From contig JBAYIC010000005.1 in assembly GCA_041665845.1 (NCBI GenBank), forward strand, positions 6,047 to 70,046: a DNA stretch of 64,000 bases, given 5' to 3'. Position 1 is the stretch's first letter, and the number at the start of each line of letters is the position of its first letter. Source of the stretch: Patescibacteria group bacterium (GTDB taxonomy: Bacteria; Patescibacteriota; Patescibacteriia; Patescibacteriales; UBA12465). Positions 1 to 9,738 of this stretch are shown in pieces. Both the position numbers and the translations under genes were made by a program. The notes under the pieces were generated by a model. That model searched no databases. It was not told where the DNA came from and saw only the letters and a list, made by a program, of their open reading frames with translations.

Positions 1-138
1 ATATTTTTAGGTAAAGCCTATTTTAATATTTTCATTCTTATTCCGCTTGGTGGAGTATTATATTTTTATTTGTTATATTTACTTGGCGGATTTAAAAAAG
101 AAGATATTGCTAGCGTCTTTAAATCTCTTAAGCTATGA
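1..138 (+). CDS. 3' end of a membrane protein gene (partial, runs off window start)
   Basis: Frame 1 is open from the window edge to TGA at 136-138 (..IFILIPLGGVLYFYLLYLLGGFKKEDIASVFKSLKL*). The fragment is hydrophobic and has an ATGA overlap with the next gene. Family cannot be assigned from 45 aa. Confidence 0.45.
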   Translation: MFLGKAYFNIFILIPLGGVLYFYLLYLLGGFKKEDIASVFKSLKL

Positions 139-1220
139 AAACATTACTTATTACCCTAGAATATCCGCCGTTTAAAGGTGGAGTTGCAAATTATTATTCT
201 AATCTAGCAAAATACTGGCCATTAGAAGAGAGAATCCAAGTTTTAGATAATGCTCGTGAAAGCCTTTTATCTACAAACAGCCGTTTTTCTTGGCTAAAAA
301 CAGTGAGTGTTTTAGTAAAAGAAATTAGAACACGAGGTTTCGATTATTTATTAGTCGGTCAAATATTACCGTTAGGAACCGCCGCCTGGTTAGCTACTTT
401 TATTAAACCTTTTAAATATGGAGTTATCTTACATGGCTTGGATTTTAATTCTGCCTTGGAGTCTAGTCATAAAAGATTTTTAGCTAAACTAATTCTTAAA
501 AAAGCTGATAAAATTATTTGTGCAAATTCAAGATTAGCTGAATTAGTTAAGAATTTTAATGGCGATCTAGCAAATAAAATAAAAATTGTTAACCCTGGTA
601 TTGACCCCATAATTTCACTTCCAAGCACAGAAGGCCTTAACAATTTACAGGATACTTATAATCTAAAAGATTATTTCGTTTTATTTACTCTTGGCCGCTT
701 AGTTTTAAGAAAGGGCGTTGATTCAGTTATTAAAGCTATGAGTAATTGGGGGACTGAAGATTTAAAAATAAAGTATTTTATTGCCGGGTCAGGAAAAGAA
801 GAAAAATATCTACGTTCTTTAGCGGCCGTTTCACCGCTTAGCGAATCAATTATTTTTCTAGGAGAATTAACCGAAGAAGAAAAATGGCTTTGGCTTCATG
901 CTTGTGATTTGTTTGTTATGCCCGTTCGAGAGATTGGTCCTGATTTTGAGGGTTTTGGAATTGTTTATTTAGAGGCTAATTTAGCCGGAAAACTAGTTTT
1001 AGCCGGTAATTCCGGCGGCGTTAAAGATGCGGTTGAAGACGGTATTAATGGATTTTTAGTTAATCCGGAAAATATTGAAGAAATAAGAAATAAAATTATT
1101 GAATTAAAAAATAATCGTAATTTACTTTTAGAATTAGGAGAAAATGCTAAAAAAAGGGCAGTAGATAAATTTAATTGGGAAGGGCAAGCTCGCCGCTTGT
1201 GCGAAATAATCAAAGAATAA
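135..1220 (+). CDS. glycosyltransferase, family 1/4 (GT-B)
   Basis: 361 aa. C-terminal E-x7-E-like region (FGIVYLEANLAGKLVLAGNSGGVKDAVEDGINGFLV) is typical of GT4 enzymes. Confidence 0.8.
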   Translation: MKTLLITLEYPPFKGGVANYYSNLAKYWPLEERIQVLDNARESLLSTNSRFSWLKTVSVLVKEIRTRGFDYLLVGQILPLGTAAWLATFIKPFKYGVILHGLDFNSALESSHKRFLAKLILKKADKIICANSRLAELVKNFNGDLANKIKIVNPGIDPIISLPSTEGLNNLQDTYNLKDYFVLFTLGRLVLRKGVDSVIKAMSNWGTEDLKIKYFIAGSGKEEKYLRSLAAVSPLSESIIFLGELTEEEKWLWLHACDLFVMPVREIGPDFEGFGIVYLEANLAGKLVLAGNSGGVKDAVEDGINGFLVNPENIEEIRNKIIELKNNRNLLLELGENAKKRAVDKFNWEGQARRLCEIIKE

Positions 1221-1222
1221 AT

Positions 1223-1921
1223 ATGATATCGATAATTATCCCGCTTTATAATGGCGAAAAAACAATTCTTAAGACTTTGCTAAGTTTAGCTCAGCAAACT
1301 TATCAAGATTTTGAAATTATTATTGTTAATGATGGGTCGACTGATAATTCTGAGCAAATTGTTGCAAGTTATTTACAAAAAACTCAGACAAATACTTCTT
1401 ATTTTTTTATAAATCAAAAGAATCAAGGAGCGCCGGCGGCTAGAAATCGTGGTTTTAAAGATTCTAAGGGGGATTTTCTCTTATTTTGCGACGATGATGC
1501 CGTTTTGCATCCACAGGCTTTAGATATTATGTTAAATACACTTCTACAACATCAGGAGGTTAGCTATGTTTATTCCTCCTTTAATTGGGGGAAAAAATTA
1601 TTTCAGCTTGAAGAATTTAACCCGGAAAAATTAAAGCAGATGCCTTATATTCATTCCTTATCTTTAATTAGACGCCAAGATTTTCCGCTTACTGGCTGGG
1701 ATGAAAGTATCAAGAAATTTCAAGATTGGGATCTTTGGTTAACAATGTTAGAGGAGGGGAAAGTTGGGTTTTGGATTTCGGAAGTTTTGTTTAAAATAAA
1801 TCCTGGCGGAACAATGAGCTCTTGGCTTCCAGCTTTTGCTTATACCTGGTTTCCATTTTTACCAGCTGTTAAAAAATATAAAAAAGCAATGCTAATAATT
1901 AAACAAAAACATGGAATTTAA
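1223..1921 (+). CDS. glycosyltransferase family 2
   Basis: The track ORF starts at 1175, but the ATG at 1223 gives the canonical GT2 N-terminus MISIIIPLYNGEK. It also has the DDD motif (LLFCDDDAVL). The 1175 extension overlaps the upstream gene. Confidence 0.8.
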   Translation: MISIIIPLYNGEKTILKTLLSLAQQTYQDFEIIIVNDGSTDNSEQIVASYLQKTQTNTSYFFINQKNQGAPAARNRGFKDSKGDFLLFCDDDAVLHPQALDIMLNTLLQHQEVSYVYSSFNWGKKLFQLEEFNPEKLKQMPYIHSLSLIRRQDFPLTGWDESIKKFQDWDLWLTMLEEGKVGFWISEVLFKINPGGTMSSWLPAFAYTWFPFLPAVKKYKKAMLIIKQKHGI

Positions 1922-2375
1922 AAAATTATGGCCTTCGGCCATTGTTGGTTCATTTGTTGTTATCTTTTTAATTTTATTGTTTACCGTTAAAAACCAAAGT
2001 AATACTGAAAATCTAAAAAAGATGGCGGAAGTTAATATTAGCGGCCAAACGTTAAAAGTTGAAGTTGTTAGTTCGGCGGCCGATATGTATCAAGGTCTTA
2101 GCGGACGCAAGAATCTTTGTTCTAATTGTGGGATGTTATTTGCTTTTTCTGATTTAGAACCAAGAAGTTTTGTGATGAGAAATATGCTTATTCCCTTGGA
2201 TATAGTTTTTGTTTCTGATGATGTTATTGTTCAAATTTATAAGAATTTAGCGCCCGAAGGAGCTAACACTAAGAATATATATGAAAGTATTGTTCCGGCT
2301 AATTATGTTTTAGAAATAAATGCCGGGAAAACGGACGAGCTTAATCTTAAAGTCGGTGATAAATTAGAATTGTAA
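1911..2375 (+). CDS. DUF192 family protein (signal-anchored)
   Basis: 154 aa with an N-terminal TM segment. Core MLFAF..PRSFVMRNMLIPLDIVF matches my recollection of DUF192/COG1430. Confidence 0.6.
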   Translation: MEFKKLWPSAIVGSFVVIFLILLFTVKNQSNTENLKKMAEVNISGQTLKVEVVSSAADMYQGLSGRKNLCSNCGMLFAFSDLEPRSFVMRNMLIPLDIVFVSDDVIVQIYKNLAPEGANTKNIYESIVPANYVLEINAGKTDELNLKVGDKLEL

Positions 2376-2377
2376 AA

Positions 2378-3841
2378 ATGGAAACAATTAAAACAAAACA
2401 AGTAGCCGTTCTATTGGGAATATTTTTATTTTTAGAGATTATTTCCATTTTTGGTTTTAGCTTTTCTTTTGTTAATCAAAGCGCCTTTTTTATTTTAGTC
2501 CTAATTACTCTAGTTCTTTCTATTTATAAATTAGAATATGGCTTACTTTTAGTTTTAGCGGAATTAATGATTGGCTCTAAGGGTTATCTATTTTATTTAC
2601 CGCTTGGAGAGGGAAGTTTATTATCTTTGCGACTAGTTATTTGGTCAATTTTAATGATTGTTTTTTTGATTAAATTTCTTATTTCTCTTAAGAAGCTTGG
2701 ATATGAATCGCCTTATTTTAAAAAAATAAAAGATTTTGTTTTTTGGAAGCCATATCTTATTTTAGCAATCTTGGTTCTAACCGGGCTAGTCTCGGCCATC
2801 ATTTATAAAAATAATTTAATTGATATATTTCTTGATTTTAATGCTTGGATATATTTTCTTATTTTATTTCCGGCTATTTCAGTAAATATCAATCGGCAGC
2901 GTCTAGAGACGATCTTTATCGCCGGTGCTATCTGGATTAGTTTAAAAACTCTTATTTTATTAGCGATTTTTTCTAATGATTTTACTTTTGCAGCTAATGT
3001 TTATGCTTGGCTTAGAAAAACTCTAGTAGGCGAAATGACCGCCTCAAGTAATTGGAATAGGGTTTTTATCCAATCGCAAATTTTTTCAATAATTGCTTAT
3101 TTTTTCTTATTCTTTAAAATAATTAAAATAAATAATTTAAAAAGTTTTTTTAACAAACAGAATATTTTAAATTTTGTTTTAATGGCTTTATTTTTTAGCA
3201 CCTTATTAATTAGTTTATCTCGTAGTTTTTGGCTAGGTTTTGCGGCTGTTATTTTATTTAGCTTAATTTTTACATGGCGCTTTTATTCTTTCAAACGAGC
3301 AGCTCTTATAGCCCTAGAAATGACTCTAGGCGTAGTTTTAGCGGTTATAATGATATTTGTAGCCGCCCCGCACCTAACTGGCCTACAGAGTCAACTTTTA
3401 AATCGAGTGGGGAACAAGGAGGAGGCGGCCTTAGTTTCACGTTGGACACTGTTACCGGAGTTAATTAAAGAAATAAAAAATAATCCTATTTCCGGACAGG
3501 GATACGGGAAAACAGTAACTTACATTTCTAGTGATCCACGTATCTTAGAAAATGAAGCCAGCGGTCGTTATACAACCTATGCTTTTGAATGGGGGTACTT
3601 AGATATCTGGTTAAAAATTGGTGTTCTTGGTTTAATTGCTTACCTTTTACTGCTTTATAAAGTTATTCATGCGAGTTTAATGAGCGGGATTAAATCAGGA
3701 GATTATTTATATTTAGGAATTACAGCCGGTTGTTTATTTTTAGCGATTGTGCACTTTTTTACGCCCTATTTAAATCATCCGCTCGGGATTGGTTTTATTG
3801 TAATAAGCTCTTGTTTAATTCTAAAAGATAGAGTATATTAA
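2378..3841 (+). CDS. O-antigen ligase-like (Wzy_C) polytopic membrane protein
   Basis: 487 aa with more than 10 hydrophobic segments. Has the LSRSFWLGFAAV loop motif typical of the O-antigen ligase/polymerase family. Sits in a glycosyltransferase cluster. Confidence 0.65.
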   Translation: METIKTKQVAVLLGIFLFLEIISIFGFSFSFVNQSAFFILVLITLVLSIYKLEYGLLLVLAELMIGSKGYLFYLPLGEGSLLSLRLVIWSILMIVFLIKFLISLKKLGYESPYFKKIKDFVFWKPYLILAILVLTGLVSAIIYKNNLIDIFLDFNAWIYFLILFPAISVNINRQRLETIFIAGAIWISLKTLILLAIFSNDFTFAANVYAWLRKTLVGEMTASSNWNRVFIQSQIFSIIAYFFLFFKIIKINNLKSFFNKQNILNFVLMALFFSTLLISLSRSFWLGFAAVILFSLIFTWRFYSFKRAALIALEMTLGVVLAVIMIFVAAPHLTGLQSQLLNRVGNKEEAALVSRWTLLPELIKEIKNNPISGQGYGKTVTYISSDPRILENEASGRYTTYAFEWGYLDIWLKIGVLGLIAYLLLLYKVIHASLMSGIKSGDYLYLGITAGCLFLAIVHFFTPYLNHPLGIGFIVISSCLILKDRVY

Positions 3842-3869
3842 ACATAATTAATTTTAATTATTAAAAATT

Positions 3870-4328
3870 ATGAATGAGCAGATAATCTCTCAAGAAGGCT
3901 ATAATAAAATAAGCGAAGAATTAAATTTTTTAACAACCACTAAACGAAAAGAAATTGCTGAAAGAATTGAAAGAGCTAAGGAACTTGGTGATTTAAGTGA
4001 AAACGCCGAATACAGCGAAGCTAAAGACGCTCAAGCTTTAAATGAAGGTCGAGTTTTAGAACTAGCGGGTATTTTAAAGAATGTAACGGTTGTTGCTAGC
4101 GGCGGAGCTAATGGTGAAGTTGTGATGGGTTCAAAAGTTACTGTTTCAAGTGATGGCAAAGAAAAGCAATATGTCATCGTTAGTTTTAATGAAGCTGATC
4201 CAATAAATGGTAAAATCTCTAACGAATCGCCGCTGGGCGTTGCTTTTTTACATCGCCGAAAGGGAGAACAAGTCGATGTTGAAACTCCGCGCGGTCTCGT
4301 AAAATATAAAATTATTAAAATAGACTAA
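3870..4328 (+). CDS. greA: transcription elongation factor GreA
   Basis: 152 aa. Coiled-coil N-terminus with the DLSENAEYSEAKDAQ motif and a GreA C-terminal domain. Confidence 0.9.
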   Translation: MNEQIISQEGYNKISEELNFLTTTKRKEIAERIERAKELGDLSENAEYSEAKDAQALNEGRVLELAGILKNVTVVASGGANGEVVMGSKVTVSSDGKEKQYVIVSFNEADPINGKISNESPLGVAFLHRRKGEQVDVETPRGLVKYKIIKID

Positions 4329-4338
4329 TAATAAAGGT

Positions 4339-5844
4339 ATGTTAGCCGCTCATGATACTAATTTAAAAGATTCTGCTATAAAAATCAGTGAACGTGAAGA
4401 ACGTTTAAAGAAGCTGGCTGATTTAAAAGAAAAAGGTTACATTACTTATCCCGCGAAAGCCATTCGTGATTTGGAAATAGCTTCTATTGTAACTGATTTT
4501 GTTGACCTTGAAAAATCAGCTAAAAACTTTAATATCGTTGGTCGCTTAAGAAGTATTAGAAGCCATGGTAATCTTACTTTTGTTAATTTAGAAGACGCTA
4601 GCGGGAGTATCCAAGTAGCATTATCAAAGAAGGAATTAGGTGATACGAGTTATAAAGATTTTGTTAAGTTAATTGATAACGGCGATTTTATTCAGGTTAA
4701 TGGTTCTTGTTTTACGACGCATAAGGGCGAAAAAAGTTTGATGGCCAAAGAATGGACATTACTCACCAAAGCTTTGCGACCAATCCCTGATGCTTGGTAT
4801 GGCTTAAAAGATGATGAAGATCGGTTTCGCAAACGTTATTTAGATTTATTACTTAATCCAGAAATGAGAGAAACCTTTTATAAACGAGCAAAATTTTGGG
4901 AAGTTGCTCGTGATTTTATGAAGAAATTAGGTTTTTTTGAAGTAGAAACGCCGACTCTAGAAACTACTACTGGTGGTGCAGAAGCAAACCCATTTAAAAC
5001 TCATCATGATGATTATGATCTAGATGTTTTTTTAAGAATATCTGTTGGTGAACTTTGGCAAAAACGTTTAATGGCTGCCGGTTATGAAAAAGTCTTTGAA
5101 ATCGGACGCGTCTATCGCAATGAAGGCTCCAGCCCCGACCATCTTCAAGAATTTACCAACTTGGAGTTTTATATGGCTTATGCTGATTACGAGAAGGGAA
5201 TGAAAATAGCTCAAGAGTTATATCAAGAAATTGCTAATAAAGTATTTGGTAAGACTAAATTTACTACTAAGGGTTTTGAATATGATTTAGCAGGTGAATG
5301 GCCAAGAATTGATTATCAAGAAGAAGTACTTCGTCAAACAGGAATTGATGTTTTGAAATCGAGCGAAGATGAAATGAAGAAAAAACTAGCGGAACTAGAG
5401 GTAAAATATGAAGGGAATAATCGTGAACGTTTAATGGATACGCTTTGGAAATATTGTCGTAAAAATATTGCCGGTCCAGCTTTTTTAATTAACCATCCTA
5501 AATTAGTCTCGCCGCTTGCTAAAGCTAAAATTAATAATCCCGAACTAACTGAGCGTTTTCAAATAATTATTGCTGGTAGTGAAATTGGAAATGGTTTTTC
5601 CGAGTTAAATGATCCAGTTGATCAATATAATCGTTTCTCTTTACAACAGAAATTAATAGATAGGGGTGATAAGGAAGCAATGATGCCCGACTGGGAATTT
5701 GTTGAGATGCTTGAATACGGTATGCCACCAACTTGCGGTTTTGGTTTTGGTGAAAGATTATTTGCCTTTTTAATGGATAAACCGATAAGAGAAGTTACTT
5801 TATTTCCGTTAATGCGACCGAAGCAAGAGATTGAAAATGAATAG
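4339..5844 (+). CDS. lysS: lysine--tRNA ligase, class II
   Basis: 501 aa. OB-fold N-terminal domain, class II motifs (FEIGRVYRNEG; GFGFGERL), PKLVSPLAK. Confidence 0.9.
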   Translation: MLAAHDTNLKDSAIKISEREERLKKLADLKEKGYITYPAKAIRDLEIASIVTDFVDLEKSAKNFNIVGRLRSIRSHGNLTFVNLEDASGSIQVALSKKELGDTSYKDFVKLIDNGDFIQVNGSCFTTHKGEKSLMAKEWTLLTKALRPIPDAWYGLKDDEDRFRKRYLDLLLNPEMRETFYKRAKFWEVARDFMKKLGFFEVETPTLETTTGGAEANPFKTHHDDYDLDVFLRISVGELWQKRLMAAGYEKVFEIGRVYRNEGSSPDHLQEFTNLEFYMAYADYEKGMKIAQELYQEIANKVFGKTKFTTKGFEYDLAGEWPRIDYQEEVLRQTGIDVLKSSEDEMKKKLAELEVKYEGNNRERLMDTLWKYCRKNIAGPAFLINHPKLVSPLAKAKINNPELTERFQIIIAGSEIGNGFSELNDPVDQYNRFSLQQKLIDRGDKEAMMPDWEFVEMLEYGMPPTCGFGFGERLFAFLMDKPIREVTLFPLMRPKQEIENE

Positions 5845-5856
5845 ATAACCGAATAT

Positions 5857-5927
5857 TCGGGGATCGTCTAACGGTAGGACTCAAGCCTCTGAAGTTTGCT
5901 ATCTTGGTTCGAATCCAAGTCCCCGAG
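5857..5927 (+). tRNA. tRNA-Gln (anticodon CTG)
   Basis: Hand-folded cloverleaf. Acceptor TCGGGGA/TCCCCGA with the U1-A72 pair typical of bacterial tRNA-Gln; D stem GTCT/GGAC; anticodon stem CAAGC/GTTTG with loop CTCTGAA; T arm CTTGG-TTCGAAT-CCAAG. CCA is not encoded. Confidence 0.85.
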
Positions 5928-5980
5928 CAAATAGACAAAATGGCACTTTCTGTGCTATTTTTGTTATATAATCTAAGAAT

Positions 5981-6358
5981 ATGAATTGGCAATCAAATTT
6001 TAAAAAAAATAAAGAAATTATATTATCTACTTCTTCAAAAAATAATATTCCTAATGCTAATATCGTTATTTCGTTAGGTTTTATTGAAGATAAGTTGTTA
6101 ACAGCAAATTGCCAAATGAATAACACGATAAAGAATCTAAAAGAAAACAATCATATTTGCGTTATTGGTGGATATTTTAGAATTAAAGGAAAAGCTAATA
6201 TTCTTTCCTCCGGAAAATATTTTGATATTTGCGTTAAAAATAGTGCTAATTATAAAGTCAAAAATGCTATTTTAATAACTATAAAAGAAGTCTTTGATCT
6301 AGATAGAGGTATTACAGTCTATAAATCGAAAAAAAATGAAACTCATATTTATAATTAA
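5981..6358 (+). CDS. small pyridoxamine 5'-phosphate oxidase-like (FMN-binding split barrel) protein
   Basis: 125 aa. Pattern EIILSTSSKNNIPNANIV..ICVIGGYFRIKGKA resembles PNPOx-like proteins. Assignment is weak. Confidence 0.4.
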   Translation: MNWQSNFKKNKEIILSTSSKNNIPNANIVISLGFIEDKLLTANCQMNNTIKNLKENNHICVIGGYFRIKGKANILSSGKYFDICVKNSANYKVKNAILITIKEVFDLDRGITVYKSKKNETHIYN

Positions 6359-6363
6359 ACAAT

Positions 6364-7860
6364 ATGGAAAACATTAAATTTATTGAAAAATTATCGACAT
6401 CAAGGAGGGAATTACTACTCAAATTATTACTCAGCGCGACTCTAGCTATCTTTTGGGTTATTTTTTTATGGAATTTTTGGAACACTGGGATATATGCTTT
6501 AGGTTTTAATGCCGCTATTTTTTGGCTTCTTCTACTTGGACTATTCATTTTTGTTTTATATAAAAGCAATCATTATTTACGCTACGATTTATATTGGATA
6601 GTTCCAATATCACTGATAATGTTCAGCTACGCGCTATATGATAATCCATTTTTAAAACTTGTTAGTCTACTGGTTATACCTTTAGCTTTAGGCATCTTCT
6701 ATAATCAATCTTTTTTACCGGATAAGAAAAACCAGCTATGGAATTCCGCTTTTGTTTTAAGAATAATTGTCCGTTTTTTCTCTTTCTTAAGAGAAATTGG
6801 CCAAACGGCCAAACTATACATTAACTTGGTTATACCGGAAGATAAGACAAAAGAACGCGTCGTATTAAGGACAATACTCGGTTTGATTTTATTTTTAATT
6901 ATCGCTTTTACTATTTTCATTCCTCTCTTATCGTCCGCCGATCTTGTTTTTGCTGTTAAAGTGCAGGGTATTTATGATTGGTTTTTGAAAATATTCTCTT
7001 CGTCTTTCGTTTATAAATTACTTACATTCATTATTTTATCATTATTACTTTTTTCTGTTTTAACAGCTTGGAGTAAAATATTTGATTATAAAGAAAAAGA
7101 AGATGGCGGTAAGAATATTGATGCAATTATTTCTGGGATCGTTTTAGGAGGCATTTTAGGTTTATATCTATTATTTTTATGGGTGCAAATAAATCATTTA
7201 TGGGTGGGCGCACTGCCTTTTGATTTTAAAGAAACGGAAAATTTGGTAAAAAGTGGTTTTTGGCAACTCTTTTTTCTTTCAGTAATAAATATCTTAATTT
7301 ACTTTTTTACTTATAAAAAAACTGTACCGCTGGTACAGTGGGTACTGACGGCGTTTACAATTACCTCTTTGCTTTTGCTTGTTTCAGCTGGTTATCGCAT
7401 GGGGCTTTATGTTACTTATTATGGATTTAGCTATGAGAAATTTTTTGCTTCATATACCGTTATATACTGTACTATCCTTTTTGTTTGGCTAATATCGAGA
7501 CTTTTTATTGCCAAACGATCGAATATCGTTAAATTTTTACTCGTTTTGTTTCTTTGGATGTATGCGCTTGTATCTATTTTCCCGGTTGAACAGTTTATCT
7601 TACGTACTAATGTTGCTCTCTCTAGCCTCAAAGAATCAAGGATAAAATTGTCCGAATTGACAATGCTTTCTCCAGATGTACTCGCCTTAGTAAAAGAATA
7701 TCAAAAGAATGGTGTGCTTAAGGAACAAATAAGCTATCTTTCCGAAGAAAGCGGGGAATTAGTTAACAAAGAATTCGATTGGAATCCCTGGATTAAGAGC
7801 CAAGAAGAAGTATTAAATAAGCTTTGGTATGAAAAAAATTTGTTAAACGTTATTAGATAG
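6364..7860 (+). CDS. polytopic membrane protein (DUF4153-like), function unknown
   Basis: 498 aa with about 10 hydrophobic helices followed by a soluble C-terminal tail. Confidence 0.5.
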   Translation: MENIKFIEKLSTSRRELLLKLLLSATLAIFWVIFLWNFWNTGIYALGFNAAIFWLLLLGLFIFVLYKSNHYLRYDLYWIVPISLIMFSYALYDNPFLKLVSLLVIPLALGIFYNQSFLPDKKNQLWNSAFVLRIIVRFFSFLREIGQTAKLYINLVIPEDKTKERVVLRTILGLILFLIIAFTIFIPLLSSADLVFAVKVQGIYDWFLKIFSSSFVYKLLTFIILSLLLFSVLTAWSKIFDYKEKEDGGKNIDAIISGIVLGGILGLYLLFLWVQINHLWVGALPFDFKETENLVKSGFWQLFFLSVINILIYFFTYKKTVPLVQWVLTAFTITSLLLLVSAGYRMGLYVTYYGFSYEKFFASYTVIYCTILFVWLISRLFIAKRSNIVKFLLVLFLWMYALVSIFPVEQFILRTNVALSSLKESRIKLSELTMLSPDVLALVKEYQKNGVLKEQISYLSEESGELVNKEFDWNPWIKSQEEVLNKLWYEKNLLNVIR

Positions 7861-7890
7861 TAGTTTTTAACTCTGGTATAATAAAACTAT

Positions 7891-8058
7891 ATGAAAAAAT
7901 ATTATAGAAGAATAATATATTTTGTTTTCGCTATATTGTTTGGCATGTTTATGTTTGTATATGGTGAGCTTGATGATAGCCCTGGCGGACAATTAATGGG
8001 GCTTATAGTGGGTATTGTTGGCGTTGTATGCTTAATAAGAAACAAGAAAAAAAACTAA
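7891..8058 (+). CDS. 55-aa two-TM small membrane protein (below ORF-track cutoff)
   Basis: ATG 7891 to TAA 8056-8058 encodes MKKYYRRIIYFVFAILFGMFMFVYGELDDSPGGQLMGLIVGIVGVVCLIRNKKKN. An extended -10 (TGGTATAAT, 7874-7882) ends 8 nt before the ATG, suggesting a leaderless mRNA. Confidence 0.5.
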   Translation: MKKYYRRIIYFVFAILFGMFMFVYGELDDSPGGQLMGLIVGIVGVVCLIRNKKKN

Positions 8059-8124
8059 ATAAATTGCTAATTCTATTGATAAATATCTAGACGAAATAGC
8101 TCACTTGTGATATTATTAATTTAT

Positions 8125-8772
8125 ATGAAAAAATATATTTTTATTTTAATTATCGGATTTTGTTTAATGTTCGGAGCGTTTACTTTTGCGGCTGAATTAA
8201 AATTAGATTCGAATGAAACTGGACTAGTATCAAGGGCGATGTATATTCATAAGGGATGGAATCTTGTCCAAGGGTTAGAGAGTCGAGATTTAATAGTTGG
8301 CGGGACTGATATTGAGATAAATAATATTAAGGCAATTTTTGGCTTAAATCCAATAAGCAAGAAATATATTAGATTTTATCCCGCTCCAGAAAAAGAAGAA
8401 ATAGATAAATTGCGCTACACCGCTAACATGACTTATTGGGTATATTCAAATAGCGATGGTACTTTAAACTATCAAACAGAAAAAGTAGACATCACAAAAT
8501 TTAATTGGCCATCTGGCTGGAATATTATTCCGGTAGCATCTGAATTCGTTAATAAGTCTTTAGATGATATAAAAGGTGATTGCACAATTGAAAGAGCCTA
8601 TTGGTGGTCGCCGAGAGAACAAAAATTTATTAATGTAAAAGATGAATTTCTTAAAATATCTCAGTATGATAACAATGTGGGGACCGGGCTGGTGTTCAAA
8701 TTTTTAAATGAATGCAAATTAAGCGTTTTAACTAACAATGGCGTTGTTTTACCTCCTAAATTACCAAATTAA
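8125..8772 (+). CDS. secreted hypothetical protein
   Basis: The track ORF begins at GTG 8107. The ATG at 8125 gives a signal-peptide-like N-terminus (MKKYIFILIIGFCLMFGAFTFAAE). C-terminus is ..LPPKLPN. Confidence 0.6.
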   Translation: MKKYIFILIIGFCLMFGAFTFAAELKLDSNETGLVSRAMYIHKGWNLVQGLESRDLIVGGTDIEINNIKAIFGLNPISKKYIRFYPAPEKEEIDKLRYTANMTYWVYSNSDGTLNYQTEKVDITKFNWPSGWNIIPVASEFVNKSLDDIKGDCTIERAYWWSPREQKFINVKDEFLKISQYDNNVGTGLVFKFLNECKLSVLTNNGVVLPPKLPN

Positions 8773-8787
8773 CTTTAGATAAAAACT

Positions 8788-8976
8788 ATGAAGAAGCTTA
8801 TATTAATTTTAATTGTTATTTTTTTACTTACAGCCGTTTACTTTATGTTTATAAAAAATAGCAATAACTCCTCAAATCAACCATCATCAGCGAATATTGA
8901 GGTAAATACCGAGAAAGAAGATGCAGAAATCATTGATATTAATAATATTCCTCAACCACCAGAATTACCAGAATAA
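8788..8976 (+). CDS. small signal-anchored hypothetical protein
   Basis: 62 aa with N-terminal TM (MKKLILILIVIFLLTAVYFMF). C-terminus ..PQPPELPE echoes the upstream protein. TAATG overlap with the next gene. Confidence 0.5.
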   Translation: MKKLILILIVIFLLTAVYFMFIKNSNNSSNQPSSANIEVNTEKEDAEIIDINNIPQPPELPE

Positions 8977-9428
8977 TGCTTTACAATAATTATCTAAAAA
9001 AATTAAAAAAATGTCCTTTTTGCGAAGCAAGCAATAGAGAGCTTATTGCAAACAATAATGCCTATTTAACGTACGCTAAAGCTCCTTATCATAAACATCA
9101 TTTATTAATTATTCCCAAAAAACATGTAGTTTCATTTTTTGACATTACAAAGAATGAAGCCAAAGATATTGATGTCTTAATTAAAACGGGAACTAGAATA
9201 TTAAAAAAGTTAAAATATAATAATTTTACCATTCTAGTTAGAGAGGGTGATGACTCCAATAAAAGTATTAAACATATTCATTATCATTTAATTCCTAGTG
9301 ACCCAATAGGAGATTTGAACAACAAAGGAAAACCTCGTGTAATGTTATCAAATAAGGAAGTCATAAATTTATCAGCTAAAATTTCTTCATTAGCTAATTC
9401 TTTACCCCCAATAATTACGCGAGATTAA
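8976..9428 (+). CDS. HIT (histidine triad) family protein
   Basis: 150 aa. Histidine triad HIHYHLIP, N-terminal CPFC, and the HHLLIIPKKH nucleotide-binding region. Confidence 0.8.
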   Translation: MLYNNYLKKLKKCPFCEASNRELIANNNAYLTYAKAPYHKHHLLIIPKKHVVSFFDITKNEAKDIDVLIKTGTRILKKLKYNNFTILVREGDDSNKSIKHIHYHLIPSDPIGDLNNKGKPRVMLSNKEVINLSAKISSLANSLPPIITRD

Positions 9429-9435
9429 TCAATAT

Positions 9436-9470
9436 TAAAAAAACTATCCTATTCGGATAGTTTTTATTTT
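9436..9470. terminator. bidirectional intrinsic terminator between convergent HIT and XRE genes
   Basis: AAACTATCC-TATTC-GGATAGTTT is a 9-bp stem flanked by an A-run and a T-run. Confidence 0.7.
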
Positions 9471-9488
9471 AAAATCTAGTAAATTTAA

Positions 9489-9707
9489 TTAATTTTTCAT
9501 TGATAATAATTTATCAACGCTGCAATTTAAAGCATCGGCGATTCTTTTAACCGTTTCTACTCGCGGATCAAGAGTCGCTCCTGATTCTATTTTAGTAATC
9601 GTGTGTAAAGTGATACCGGCTAATTTAGAGAGCTTATCTTGAGATAGCTCAGCTCTTTGGCGGTATTTTTTAATATTCTTAGCAAGTGGGATATTAATCT
9701 TTTCCAT
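9489..9707 (-). CDS. XRE-family helix-turn-helix transcriptional regulator
   Basis: 72 aa. Classic HTH_3 pattern (LSQDKLSKLAGITLHTITKIESG). Confidence 0.85.
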   Translation of the reverse strand: MEKINIPLAKNIKKYRQRAELSQDKLSKLAGITLHTITKIESGATLDPRVETVKRIADALNCSVDKLLSMKN

Positions 9708-9738
9708 ATTTGACTTAATAGTAAAACTTTACTATAAT

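Noticed and set aside
5795-6150. Track ORFs 5795-5992 (-) and 5899-6150 (-)
   Set aside because: They overlap the tRNA-Gln gene and the plus-strand 5981-6358 ORF and have no supporting signals.
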